NCBI GenBank assembly: GCA_963588155.1
Contig: CAVAGT010000002.1
Coordinates: 8,091-72,090, forward strand
DNA length: 64,000 nucleotides
Source: Lachnospiraceae bacterium
GTDB lineage: Bacteria; Bacteroidota; Bacteroidia; Bacteroidales; Bacteroidaceae
Reading direction: 5' to 3'
Positions 10,345 to 17,844 of this stretch are shown in pieces. The notes beneath the pieces are model-generated. The model saw nothing but the letters and a program-made list of their open reading frames with translations, did not search any database and was not told where the DNA came from. The stretch's first letter is position 1. Each line of letters starts with the position of its first letter. The position numbers and the translations under genes were made by a program.

Positions 10345-12330
10345 ATGAAGAGTTTAAAATATATGATGGCAGCCGGATGTCTGCTCACGCTTGGACTTAC
10401 ATCATGCAGCGACTTCCTCGACGTGAACGTGGACCCCGACAAGCCAAACAACACCACTGCTGAGGTGGCCAACCGCGTGCCATGGATTCAGCGCATGTAC
10501 ATGTACTCGGCTGGTGTCACCAACTACCGCACTGCAATGATCGCTGGCGCGTACTACTCCACCAACGCCACTCAAGGCACAGCCGCCGTGACATGGAACT
10601 TCGCCAACGGAATCACCACTACGCCATACCAGACATGGTTCGTGGAATCGGCGTCCAACCTCAACGACCTCTACGACAAGGCAAAGGCTGAGAACGCATA
10701 CCACTACATGGCGGTGGCAGACATCTACCACGCACTCGGCTTCATGCAGATGCTCGACCTCTACGGCGAAATGCCATACACCGAGGCTCTCGGCAACTCT
10801 CCCGTGCCTGCCTACGACGACGGCAAGACCATCTTCAACGGCTGCATAGCCAAGATCGACGAGGCCATCGAACTGCTCAGCAAGGCGCAGCCAAGCACTG
10901 CCACTTCCCTCTCCAAGGGCGACCTCATGAACGGCGGCGACACGCAGAAATGGCTCAAGTTGGCTTATGGCCTCAAGGCCCGCTACCTGCTCAAGCTCTC
11001 TAAGAAGGCTGAGTTCGCACCAGACGAGATTCTCGACTGCCTGTCGAAAGGCCCACAGAGCATAGACGACAACTCCGTGATGCCTTGCTACAACAGCGGA
11101 CAGGACGTTACCGACTATCTCCTGGGCGACCCCATCATGACCAACGGCAACTGGAACTGCGTGGCTTATGGCACAACCCAACGCATTACCAAATACTATA
11201 CCGACCTGCTCACCAACATGCGCGACGCTGGCATCGAAGATCCTCGCTACACCAAGATCGTGCCAGCCGTGATGACCAACATCAAGTTGGTTGACGGCAA
11301 GGTACAGTCGTACGACTGGGCACGCTCCAAGGGCGTCGACTGCCATGGCGACTGCGAGCGTCTGAAGGCTTTGGGATGGAACAGCATCGTGGCTCCCACT
11401 TGGGCAGCCACCGACAAGACGTTGAAATACAACATTGCCGATGCTACGGCACGCGATAAGTTCGCCGCCGAGATTGGCAAGATTCACAAGACCGTAGTCG
11501 ATAAAGACACCGTCAAGGTGACCTACCAGGCTGGCTCCGTCTATGTCAACAGCACCAACTACGCCTACGCTGGCGACACCGCATACGTCTCTCTGCGCAG
11601 CAACTCCAAGCTCACGGGCAACCAGACAAAGGAAGAGACAGACGTGTATTGGTACTTTAGCACCAACGACGCGCTCAACGCAGGAGCCGTGGGTTCCACA
11701 GGCTCGTTCCAGACACGCCCAGTCAGCGACTTCGAGATCATGACCTATCACGAGGCTTGCTTCATCAAGGCGGAGGTGCTCTTCCGCAAGGGCGACAAGG
11801 CTGGCGCGCTCGCCGCTTACAAGGCTGGTATCAAGGCACACCTCGACTATATGCAGAAGAAGCTCACCGCTTGGAAGGGCCAGGGCTACACCAATCCAGA
11901 CATGCTGCCTATGGACGACGCGCAGATTTCGGCTTACCTCGCCAGCGATGCCGTATGCCAAAACTCTGGCGACTTGAAGATGAGCGACATCATGCTGCAA
12001 AAGTATGTGGCCATGGGTTGCAGCCTTGAGAACTGGAACGACATGCGCCGCTTCAACTACAGCGCCGGCAACATCAAGGACTTCGGCGTGGTGTATCCAG
12101 GCATGGATCGCTCCGTGCTCTTCACCGGCACCGACAAGCTGAAAGGCACTTCAAAGACTGATCCAAAGTATTGGCCACGCCGTTATCGCCTGCCCGCAAC
12201 GCTCGAGCTCTCCTACAACGAGACTCAAGCCCTGGCAGCCAACAAGCACGCCGAAGACACCGACATTTGGAGCTACCCAGTGTGGTGGGACTGCGAGACA
12301 GACGCCGAGTATGAAGGCTATGTCAAATAA
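10345..12330 (+). CDS. SusD/RagB family lipoprotein (SusD-like_2 type)
   Basis: Lipobox LTSC, DLYGEMPYTEA, QKYVAM...WNDMRR; directly downstream of susC. Confidence 0.88.
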   Translation: MKSLKYMMAAGCLLTLGLTSCSDFLDVNVDPDKPNNTTAEVANRVPWIQRMYMYSAGVTNYRTAMIAGAYYSTNATQGTAAVTWNFANGITTTPYQTWFVESASNLNDLYDKAKAENAYHYMAVADIYHALGFMQMLDLYGEMPYTEALGNSPVPAYDDGKTIFNGCIAKIDEAIELLSKAQPSTATSLSKGDLMNGGDTQKWLKLAYGLKARYLLKLSKKAEFAPDEILDCLSKGPQSIDDNSVMPCYNSGQDVTDYLLGDPIMTNGNWNCVAYGTTQRITKYYTDLLTNMRDAGIEDPRYTKIVPAVMTNIKLVDGKVQSYDWARSKGVDCHGDCERLKALGWNSIVAPTWAATDKTLKYNIADATARDKFAAEIGKIHKTVVDKDTVKVTYQAGSVYVNSTNYAYAGDTAYVSLRSNSKLTGNQTKEETDVYWYFSTNDALNAGAVGSTGSFQTRPVSDFEIMTYHEACFIKAEVLFRKGDKAGALAAYKAGIKAHLDYMQKKLTAWKGQGYTNPDMLPMDDAQISAYLASDAVCQNSGDLKMSDIMLQKYVAMGCSLENWNDMRRFNYSAGNIKDFGVVYPGMDRSVLFTGTDKLKGTSKTDPKYWPRRYRLPATLELSYNETQALAANKHAEDTDIWSYPVWWDCETDAEYEGYVK

Positions 12331-12371
12331 GACAGGCACAATATAGCCATACAAATAAAACCATATAGACT

Positions 12372-12419
12372 TCTCTCCATGCGAATAAACCAAAAGTTTA
12401 CGCATGGAGAGATTTTTTT
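12372..12419 (+). terminator. intrinsic terminator after susC1/D1
   Basis: TCTCTCCATGCG...CGCATGGAGAGA stem followed by T7. Confidence 0.85.
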
Positions 12420-12453
12420 ATTTTCCACGATGGTCTAAGTCATCAAAATGAGC

Positions 12454-12461
12454 TACCTTTG
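12454..12461 (+). promoter_or_regulatory. -7 promoter element (TACCTTTG) for GH3-EamA
   Basis: TAnnTTTG between the terminator and the GH3 ATG. Confidence 0.65.
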
Positions 12462-12503
12462 CAATAGCCCATAAGGTATCCAATTAAACTAAAATAAGTT
12501 GAT

Positions 12504-14768
12504 ATGAAACAACAGTTTGTGATGGCCTTTGCCTTCATGCTGACGGCTTTTGCGCCTGCCGCGCAAGCGCAGAAGCAATGTTGTTGCGCCAAGACGGCAT
12601 TGCCCGTCTACCTCGACGACACCAAGGACATAGATCAACGTGTGGAAGACGCGCTCTCGCGCATGACTCTCGACGAGAAGATTGGCGTGATCCACGCACA
12701 AAGCAAGTTCTCCGCCCGTGGCGTGCCACGCCTCGGCCTTCCCGACTTCTGGACCGACGACGGCCCTCACGGCGTGCGCCCCGACGTGCTTTGGGACGAA
12801 TGGGAGCAAGCCGGCCAGACCAACGACTCGTGCGTGGCATTCCCCGCGCTCACCTGCCTCGCCGCCACATGGAATCCCGAGTTGGCATGCCTCTACGGCA
12901 GGAGCCTTGGCGAGGAAGCGCTGTATCGCGGCAAGCACATGATACTAGGCCCCGGTGTCAACATCTACCGCACGCCTCTCAACGGCCGCAATTTCGAGTA
13001 CATGGGCGAGGATCCATGGCTCACCTCCACCATGGTGGTGCCTTACATCAAGGGATTGCAAAGCAATGGCGTGGCGGCGTGCGTGAAGCATTTCGCAGTC
13101 AACAACGACGAGGAGTATCGCTTCCAAGTCAACGTCAAGGTCTCCGACCGCGCCCTGCACGAGATTTACCTGCCCGCCTTCAAGGCTGCCGTGGAGAAAG
13201 GCCACACGTGGGGGCTCATGGGTGGATACAACCTTTACAACAACGAGCACAACTGCCACAACAACATCCTGCTCAACAAGATTTTGAAACACGACTGGAA
13301 GTTCGACGGAGTCGTGGTGAGCGACTGGGGCGGCACTCACGATACCGACCAAGCCGTGAAGAACGGGCTCGACATGGAGTTCGGCACGTGGACTAACGGT
13401 CTGAGCGCGGGCGTGTCAAACGCCTACGACAACTATTATCTCGCCGTGGCATACAAGAAGGGCATCCTCAGCGGCAAATACACCGAAAAGGAGCTCAACG
13501 ACAAGGTAAGACGCGTGCTCCGCCTCTATTTCCGCACCTCCATGGCAAAACGTGGCCACGGCTTCCTATGCAACGAGGCCCACTATGAGGCGGCAAAGGA
13601 GATTGCCGAGAACGGAATTGTGCTCTTGCAAAACAAGGGCAACGTGCTGCCGCTGCAACTCGACGGCAACACCAAGAAGAAGGTGCTCGTGGTTGGCGAG
13701 AACGCCATAAAGATGATGACCGTGGGCGGAGGCAGTTCCTCGCTGAAGGTGCAACGCGAGATCTCGCCGCTCCAAGGCTTGCGCGAAAGGCTGAAGGGCA
13801 TTGCCGAGGTAGAATATGAGCGCGGATACGTGGGCGACACCACGGGCAACTACAACGGCGTGACCACAGGACAAGACCTGAAAGACTCGCGCACGGAGCA
13901 GCAGCTCATCAGCGACGCCGTGGAGAAAGCCAAGGGTGCCGACTATGTGGTGGTGTTCGGCGGATTGAACAAGAGCGACTACCAAGACTGCGAAGGTCAC
14001 GACCGTAAGCAATACGGCCTGCCCTATGCGCAAGACGACCTTGTTAAGGCTCTCGCCAAGGCAAACAAGAACGTGGTGTTTGTCAATATCTCGGGCAATG
14101 CCGTGGCCATGCCTTGGAAAGACACGGTGCCTGCCATCGTGCAAGGATGGTTCATCGGCTCAGAGGCTGGCGAGGCTCTCGCCTCCGTGCTCTGCGGCGA
14201 CGCCAACCCTTCGGGCAAGCTGCCGTTCACGTGGCCTGCCTCGCTCAACGACGTGGGCGCGCATGCCCTCGGCACGTATCCCGGCACATGGCGCGACGGC
14301 CACAAGATCATCGACGAGGACTACAAGGAAGGCATATACGTGGGCTACCGCTGGGCAGACGCCCACAAGACCCGTCCGCTCTTCGCCTTCGGCCATGGCT
14401 TGAGCTATACCACGTTCAAGCTCTCCAACCTTAGCCTCTCTTCCGCCACCATCACGCCAACCGACACCTTGAAAGTGAAGGTCAGCGTGACCAACACAGG
14501 CAAGCGCGCCGGCACCGAGGTGGTGCAACTCTACATCCACGACGACAAGGCAAGCGTGGACCGCCCATACAAGGAGCTGAAAGGCTTCAAAAAGGTGTTC
14601 CTGCAGCCTGGCGAGACGAAGGACGTGGAGATGACAATAGCCAAGGACGCGCTCAGCTTCTACGACGAGACCACGTCTTCATGGAAGGCGGAGCCCGGAA
14701 CGTTCACCGTGCTCGCTGGCAACGCCTCAGACAACTTAACTCTCAAAAAGGGCTTCACGCTCAAATAA
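12504..14768 (+). CDS. glycoside hydrolase family 3 (beta-glucosidase), exported
   Basis: Signal peptide, GRNFEYMGEDP, ACVKHF, catalytic VVSDW, C-terminal Fn3-like EVVQLY...KELKGFKKV. Confidence 0.93.
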   Translation: MKQQFVMAFAFMLTAFAPAAQAQKQCCCAKTALPVYLDDTKDIDQRVEDALSRMTLDEKIGVIHAQSKFSARGVPRLGLPDFWTDDGPHGVRPDVLWDEWEQAGQTNDSCVAFPALTCLAATWNPELACLYGRSLGEEALYRGKHMILGPGVNIYRTPLNGRNFEYMGEDPWLTSTMVVPYIKGLQSNGVAACVKHFAVNNDEEYRFQVNVKVSDRALHEIYLPAFKAAVEKGHTWGLMGGYNLYNNEHNCHNNILLNKILKHDWKFDGVVVSDWGGTHDTDQAVKNGLDMEFGTWTNGLSAGVSNAYDNYYLAVAYKKGILSGKYTEKELNDKVRRVLRLYFRTSMAKRGHGFLCNEAHYEAAKEIAENGIVLLQNKGNVLPLQLDGNTKKKVLVVGENAIKMMTVGGGSSSLKVQREISPLQGLRERLKGIAEVEYERGYVGDTTGNYNGVTTGQDLKDSRTEQQLISDAVEKAKGADYVVVFGGLNKSDYQDCEGHDRKQYGLPYAQDDLVKALAKANKNVVFVNISGNAVAMPWKDTVPAIVQGWFIGSEAGEALASVLCGDANPSGKLPFTWPASLNDVGAHALGTYPGTWRDGHKIIDEDYKEGIYVGYRWADAHKTRPLFAFGHGLSYTTFKLSNLSLSSATITPTDTLKVKVSVTNTGKRAGTEVVQLYIHDDKASVDRPYKELKGFKKVFLQPGETKDVEMTIAKDALSFYDETTSSWKAEPGTFTVLAGNASDNLTLKKGFTLK

Positions 14769-14772
14769 AACC

Positions 14773-15663
14773 ATGACACAAAACAACAACAAGGCAGCCG
14801 CCCACGGCGCGCTGTTCATCGCCAACCTCATATTCGGCTTGGGCGTGCCCGTTACCAAACTCCTGCTTGACAACTGGGTGTCACCCATGGCATGGATGGC
14901 GACCCGCTGCATTGGCGCGGCTCTGATATTTTGGGGCATCTCGCTCTTCATGCCCAAGGAGAAGGTGGTGGCGAGAGACCTCTTCGTCATAATGATTGGC
15001 GGCTTGATAGGCTTCCTCGTGTCGCAGACGTTCACGGCATGGGCCATAGACTACAGCACGCCGACCTACGTGTCGCTCATCTTCACGCTCACGCCGGTCA
15101 TGACCATGCTCTGCGCCACGCTGTTCATAGGCGAGCGGTGCTCATGGAAAGGATTCGCCGGGATAATAGTCGGCATCCTTGGCGCGATGCTCATGGTGGC
15201 AATGAACTGGCAAGGCGGCTCCGGCAAGAACAACGTGCTCGGCATAGGATTCGCATTGCTGAGCTTGCTGACCTGGGCCATCTATCTCATCATCACGCGC
15301 AAGGTGTCGGCAAGATACTCTGCCGTGACACAGATGAAATGGATCTTCCTCGCCTCTTCCATCGCCATACTGCCATTCTCGTGGAGCGACCTCACCCACT
15401 CCACCCTCTACAGCGCCGCATGGCAATGGAGCGGCGTGTTGGAGATGGCATACATCGTGGTGCTTGCCACGGTGGTCGGCTTCTTCGCCATCCCGTTCGC
15501 CTCACGATACCTCAAGGCCACCACGGTGAGCGTCTACACAAACCTCCAGCCCATCGTCACGGCCATAGCCGCCATTTGCCTTGGGCAGGACCACCTGACG
15601 TGGGACATCCCCGTGGCGCTCGTCCTGGTGTTGCTGAGCGCCTATCTCGCGGGAAAGAAATAA
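14773..15663 (+). CDS. DMT/EamA family transporter
   Basis: 296 aa, about 10 TM segments, two EamA-like halves (LTPV...GE; NLQPIV). Confidence 0.88.
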   Translation: MTQNNNKAAAHGALFIANLIFGLGVPVTKLLLDNWVSPMAWMATRCIGAALIFWGISLFMPKEKVVARDLFVIMIGGLIGFLVSQTFTAWAIDYSTPTYVSLIFTLTPVMTMLCATLFIGERCSWKGFAGIIVGILGAMLMVAMNWQGGSGKNNVLGIGFALLSLLTWAIYLIITRKVSARYSAVTQMKWIFLASSIAILPFSWSDLTHSTLYSAAWQWSGVLEMAYIVVLATVVGFFAIPFASRYLKATTVSVYTNLQPIVTAIAAICLGQDHLTWDIPVALVLVLLSAYLAGKK

Positions 15664-15682
15664 CACTCAACATTAAACGCTT

Positions 15683-15707
15683 GCAGGGGCGGGCCCTGTG
15701 CCCGTCC
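15683..15707. repeat. REP-like unit GCAGGGGCGGGCCCTGTGCCCGTCC (single copy)
   Basis: 25 nt identical to the reverse complement of 43918-43942; internal GGGC...GCCC hairpin. Confidence 0.8.
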
Positions 15708-15747
15708 CTGCTAACGTTTGAAATTTTGCCTACTATCAATAAGTGTT

Positions 15748-16128
15748 TTATTTCATTTGCACAACATCGCAATAGTTGTCCCAGTCTATCTCTGCCAAGT
15801 ATTTTTCCGCTTGTGTTTTTATCTCCGGTATGTTTTCCTTTGCCGTAGCCCACAATATCTTTGGCAGCACTTGCGAATAACCATGAACGAGAACATGCCG
15901 CATACCCTCAACTTGTTTCCATGGAATTTCGGTATGCTCCGACTTAAATTCTTTTGTAAGCATATATGCTGCTTCACCTACTATTTCTATGTTTTTCATC
16001 GTAGAAAAATAAACAAGTATGTTGCTCTCAAATTCCTCGAAAGCAATACCGTCTATTATTTTCAAGACATTGGCAGAATACTCTACAATGTCTTCCAATC
16101 TTCCCTTATCCCTAGCTAACTCTCTCAT
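15748..16128 (-). CDS. HepT-like HEPN (DUF86) ribonuclease toxin
   Basis: EIVGEAA, IPWKQVEGMRHVLVHGY = RX4HXY motif. Start at 16128 (MRELARD) overlaps the end of the MNT gene. Confidence 0.9.
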   Translation of the reverse strand: MRELARDKGRLEDIVEYSANVLKIIDGIAFEEFESNILVYFSTMKNIEIVGEAAYMLTKEFKSEHTEIPWKQVEGMRHVLVHGYSQVLPKILWATAKENIPEIKTQAEKYLAEIDWDNYCDVVQMK

Positions 16129-16414
16129 AGACCAGAAGTTTATCACGTTCTGCGCTTTCCTTAGCATAAGGACGCAAAGAGCCATCAACTACAAGATCAA
16201 CTTCTCTGCCCAACAATTGTTTTAAGTCCTCATACATTCCTCCATGGGTAAGCAATGTAAAAGAGCCATGATTGAAATCGGGCACAAATAATATATCAAT
16301 ATCACTCGTCGGCCTTTCTTCCCCACGAGCAAAAGACCCGAAAACCCAAGCTTTCACGACAGGCTGCCCCATCATGTAGTCATGTATTGCCTGTATAGTT
16401 TGTTGCCTATCCAT
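16112..16414 (-). CDS. MntA-like minimal nucleotidyltransferase antitoxin
   Basis: FGSFARGEERPTSDIDIL = GSX10DXD; LLGREVDLV; 100 aa, upstream of the HEPN gene. Confidence 0.92.
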   Translation of the reverse strand: MDRQQTIQAIHDYMMGQPVVKAWVFGSFARGEERPTSDIDILFVPDFNHGSFTLLTHGGMYEDLKQLLGREVDLVVDGSLRPYAKESAERDKLLVYERVS

Positions 16415-16448
16415 ATATACATCCTCCTTGATTTAAGTTTTCTGTTGG

Positions 16449-16480
16449 TAAAGGTAGTAGTATTTTTACAAATAGACAAA
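16449..16480 (-). promoter_or_regulatory. candidate promoter of the MNT-HEPN operon (TTTG-N20-TACCTTTA)
   Basis: On the minus strand, TTTG (16480-16477) and TACCTTTA (16456-16449), one mismatch to the -7 consensus. Confidence 0.5.
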
Positions 16481-16493
16481 TATTACATTAAAA

Positions 16494-16527
16494 ATAATTC
16501 ATGTAGGTAAAATCCCACATGAATTAT
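16494..16527 (-). terminator. inverted repeat downstream of pfkB-like gene (terminator, or TA operator)
   Basis: ATAATTCATGT...ACATGAATTAT 11-bp arms; followed on the minus strand by a short T run. Confidence 0.55.
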
Positions 16528-16549
16528 GTCACCATGACTCAATACTGCC

Positions 16550-17473
16550 TTACTTACAAAGGGTCGAGTCGTTGGGTATGTAGTTGAAGATGGTCTTGCA
16601 AGCCTCGGCAGAGAAACGCTGGCCAGAGGCCACGCAGTCGTCCCACTGCTGCTCCGTCAACCCCTTGTCAATATCGGCACGCGTGATGTTGTTTTTCAAC
16701 AATCCATAGATAAAACCGGCATTGAAGTTGTCGCCCGCGCCCACCGTGCTCACGGTCTCCGTAGGCACCACGGCGTACGACTTGCGCAAGCCGTTGTCCG
16801 CGTAAAGGCTCACGGGGTTAGCGCCCGCGGTATAGATAAACTTCTTGCAATAGAAACTTATCTCGGCTTGATAAATCTTGTCGGGGTCTTTGAGCTTGTA
16901 TAGCACGTCAAAGTCCTCGCGAGAGCCACGCACTATGTCGGCATACTCAAGGTTCTCAAGATAATTGGGCGTGATCTTCATCACTTCGTCCTTATGCGAC
17001 ATGCGATAATTCACGTCATAATAGATTATCGCCCCGTGGGCACGGGCATAATCGAGCAATCCCACTATCTGGGGCCTTACCACGGGGTTCACCGCGAAGA
17101 AAGAGCCAAAAAGCACGATGTCGCCGGGCTGGATGTCGGGATAGATGAAGTCGAGCTGATCGAGAGGATGGTCTTTATAGAAGATGTATTCAGCATCGTT
17201 GTTGTCGTCGAGAAACGCCAACGACACTGGCGACTTCGAGCCAGGGAAAGCCGTCACGTTGGACGCGTCTACCCCATTGTCCTTCAAAAACTTGACCACA
17301 TTCTGCCCCACGCGGTCGTGACCAGCCTCGCCTATGAAAGCCGTGGACACGCCGGCCCGTGCCAACGATATGATGGCATTGAACGCTGACCCGCCGGGAT
17401 AAGCGCCTATGGGTTGCTCGTTCTTGAAGATGATGTCGAGAACTGTCTCGCCGATACCTATTACTTTGCGCAT
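16550..17473 (-). CDS. PfkB family carbohydrate kinase (fructokinase-like)
   Basis: MRKVIGIGETVLD start, PGGS, STVGAGDNFNAGF PfkB signature. Start moved to 17473 because the -7 element lies at 17504-17511. Confidence 0.92.
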   Translation of the reverse strand: MRKVIGIGETVLDIIFKNEQPIGAYPGGSAFNAIISLARAGVSTAFIGEAGHDRVGQNVVKFLKDNGVDASNVTAFPGSKSPVSLAFLDDNNDAEYIFYKDHPLDQLDFIYPDIQPGDIVLFGSFFAVNPVVRPQIVGLLDYARAHGAIIYYDVNYRMSHKDEVMKITPNYLENLEYADIVRGSREDFDVLYKLKDPDKIYQAEISFYCKKFIYTAGANPVSLYADNGLRKSYAVVPTETVSTVGAGDNFNAGFIYGLLKNNITRADIDKGLTEQQWDDCVASGQRFSAEACKTIFNYIPNDSTLCK

Positions 17474-17503
17474 GATTATATTGACTTTGTTAAAATTCGA
17501 AGG

Positions 17504-17511
17504 CAAAGATA
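17504..17511 (-). promoter_or_regulatory. -7 promoter element (TATCTTTG) for pfkB-like gene
   Basis: CAAAGATA on the plus strand, 30 nt upstream of the ATG. Confidence 0.65.
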
Positions 17512-17616
17512 ATGCAATTTTTAAAGACGACGCAAGACTCGGCTCCTTTTTTTTGAAGTGGCGGCCTTCATTCAAAATCATTATTTTTAGGTATTACACA
17601 GAATCTGAAATAGTAG

Positions 17617-17624
17617 TACTTTTG
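17617..17624 (+). promoter_or_regulatory. -7 promoter element (TACTTTTG) for the TonB receptor operon
   Basis: TAnnTTTG match; predicts a TSS near 17631 and a ~210-nt leader. Confidence 0.65.
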
Positions 17625-17630
17625 CATTCG

Positions 17631-17844
17631 CTAGATGTGACGTTTCCATTTCATGGAATGTTGGAATAAAGGCAACGGATAAGCGAGAAACAGTCATTGC
17701 CCATATCATTACCAAGGTTTATGATATATAATAAGGTGAAGAGCCTTATTGTATTTTTATATTCCCCAAGAATGTGCTAGGCCCGACGTACAATACTCCT
17801 TATGGTACCACAATTATTACCCATCAAACGGCAATAACTTTGAT
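17631..17844 (+). ncRNA. candidate structured cis-regulatory leader RNA (four-way junction)
   Basis: Stems read by eye: GGAATA 17663-68/TATTCC 17760-65 encloses GGCAA/TTGCC, ATATCAT/ATGATAT and AATAAGGT/GCCTTATT hairpins. Lies between the promoter and the receptor ATG. Confidence 0.55.

Noticed and set aside
10402..12000. 532-aa antisense ORF over susD1 (similarly 18214-19152, 20138-21160, 37224-38186, 41759-42817, 51488-53002, 53765-55075, 60421-61416)
   Set aside because: Shadow frames of well-supported genes, explained by codon bias that avoids antisense stops; no recognisable motifs.
17574..17610. Fur box near the TonB receptor promoter
   Set aside because: Only a half-site-like AATCATTAT and a weak imperfect palindrome in AT-rich DNA; not supportable without a position weight matrix.
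17631..17844. Cobalamin, TPP or FMN riboswitch upstream of the TonB receptor
   Set aside because: No GGGAA...GCCACTG/B12-box, no CTGAGA TPP core and no FMN consensus; kept only as an unassigned structured leader.
17749..17844. Longer N-termini given by the ORF track (also 16188, 17581, 23573, 24751, 26458, 45171, 62823)
   Set aside because: The extensions overlap promoter elements, upstream genes or structured leaders, and the downstream ATGs give proper signal peptides or family N-termini.
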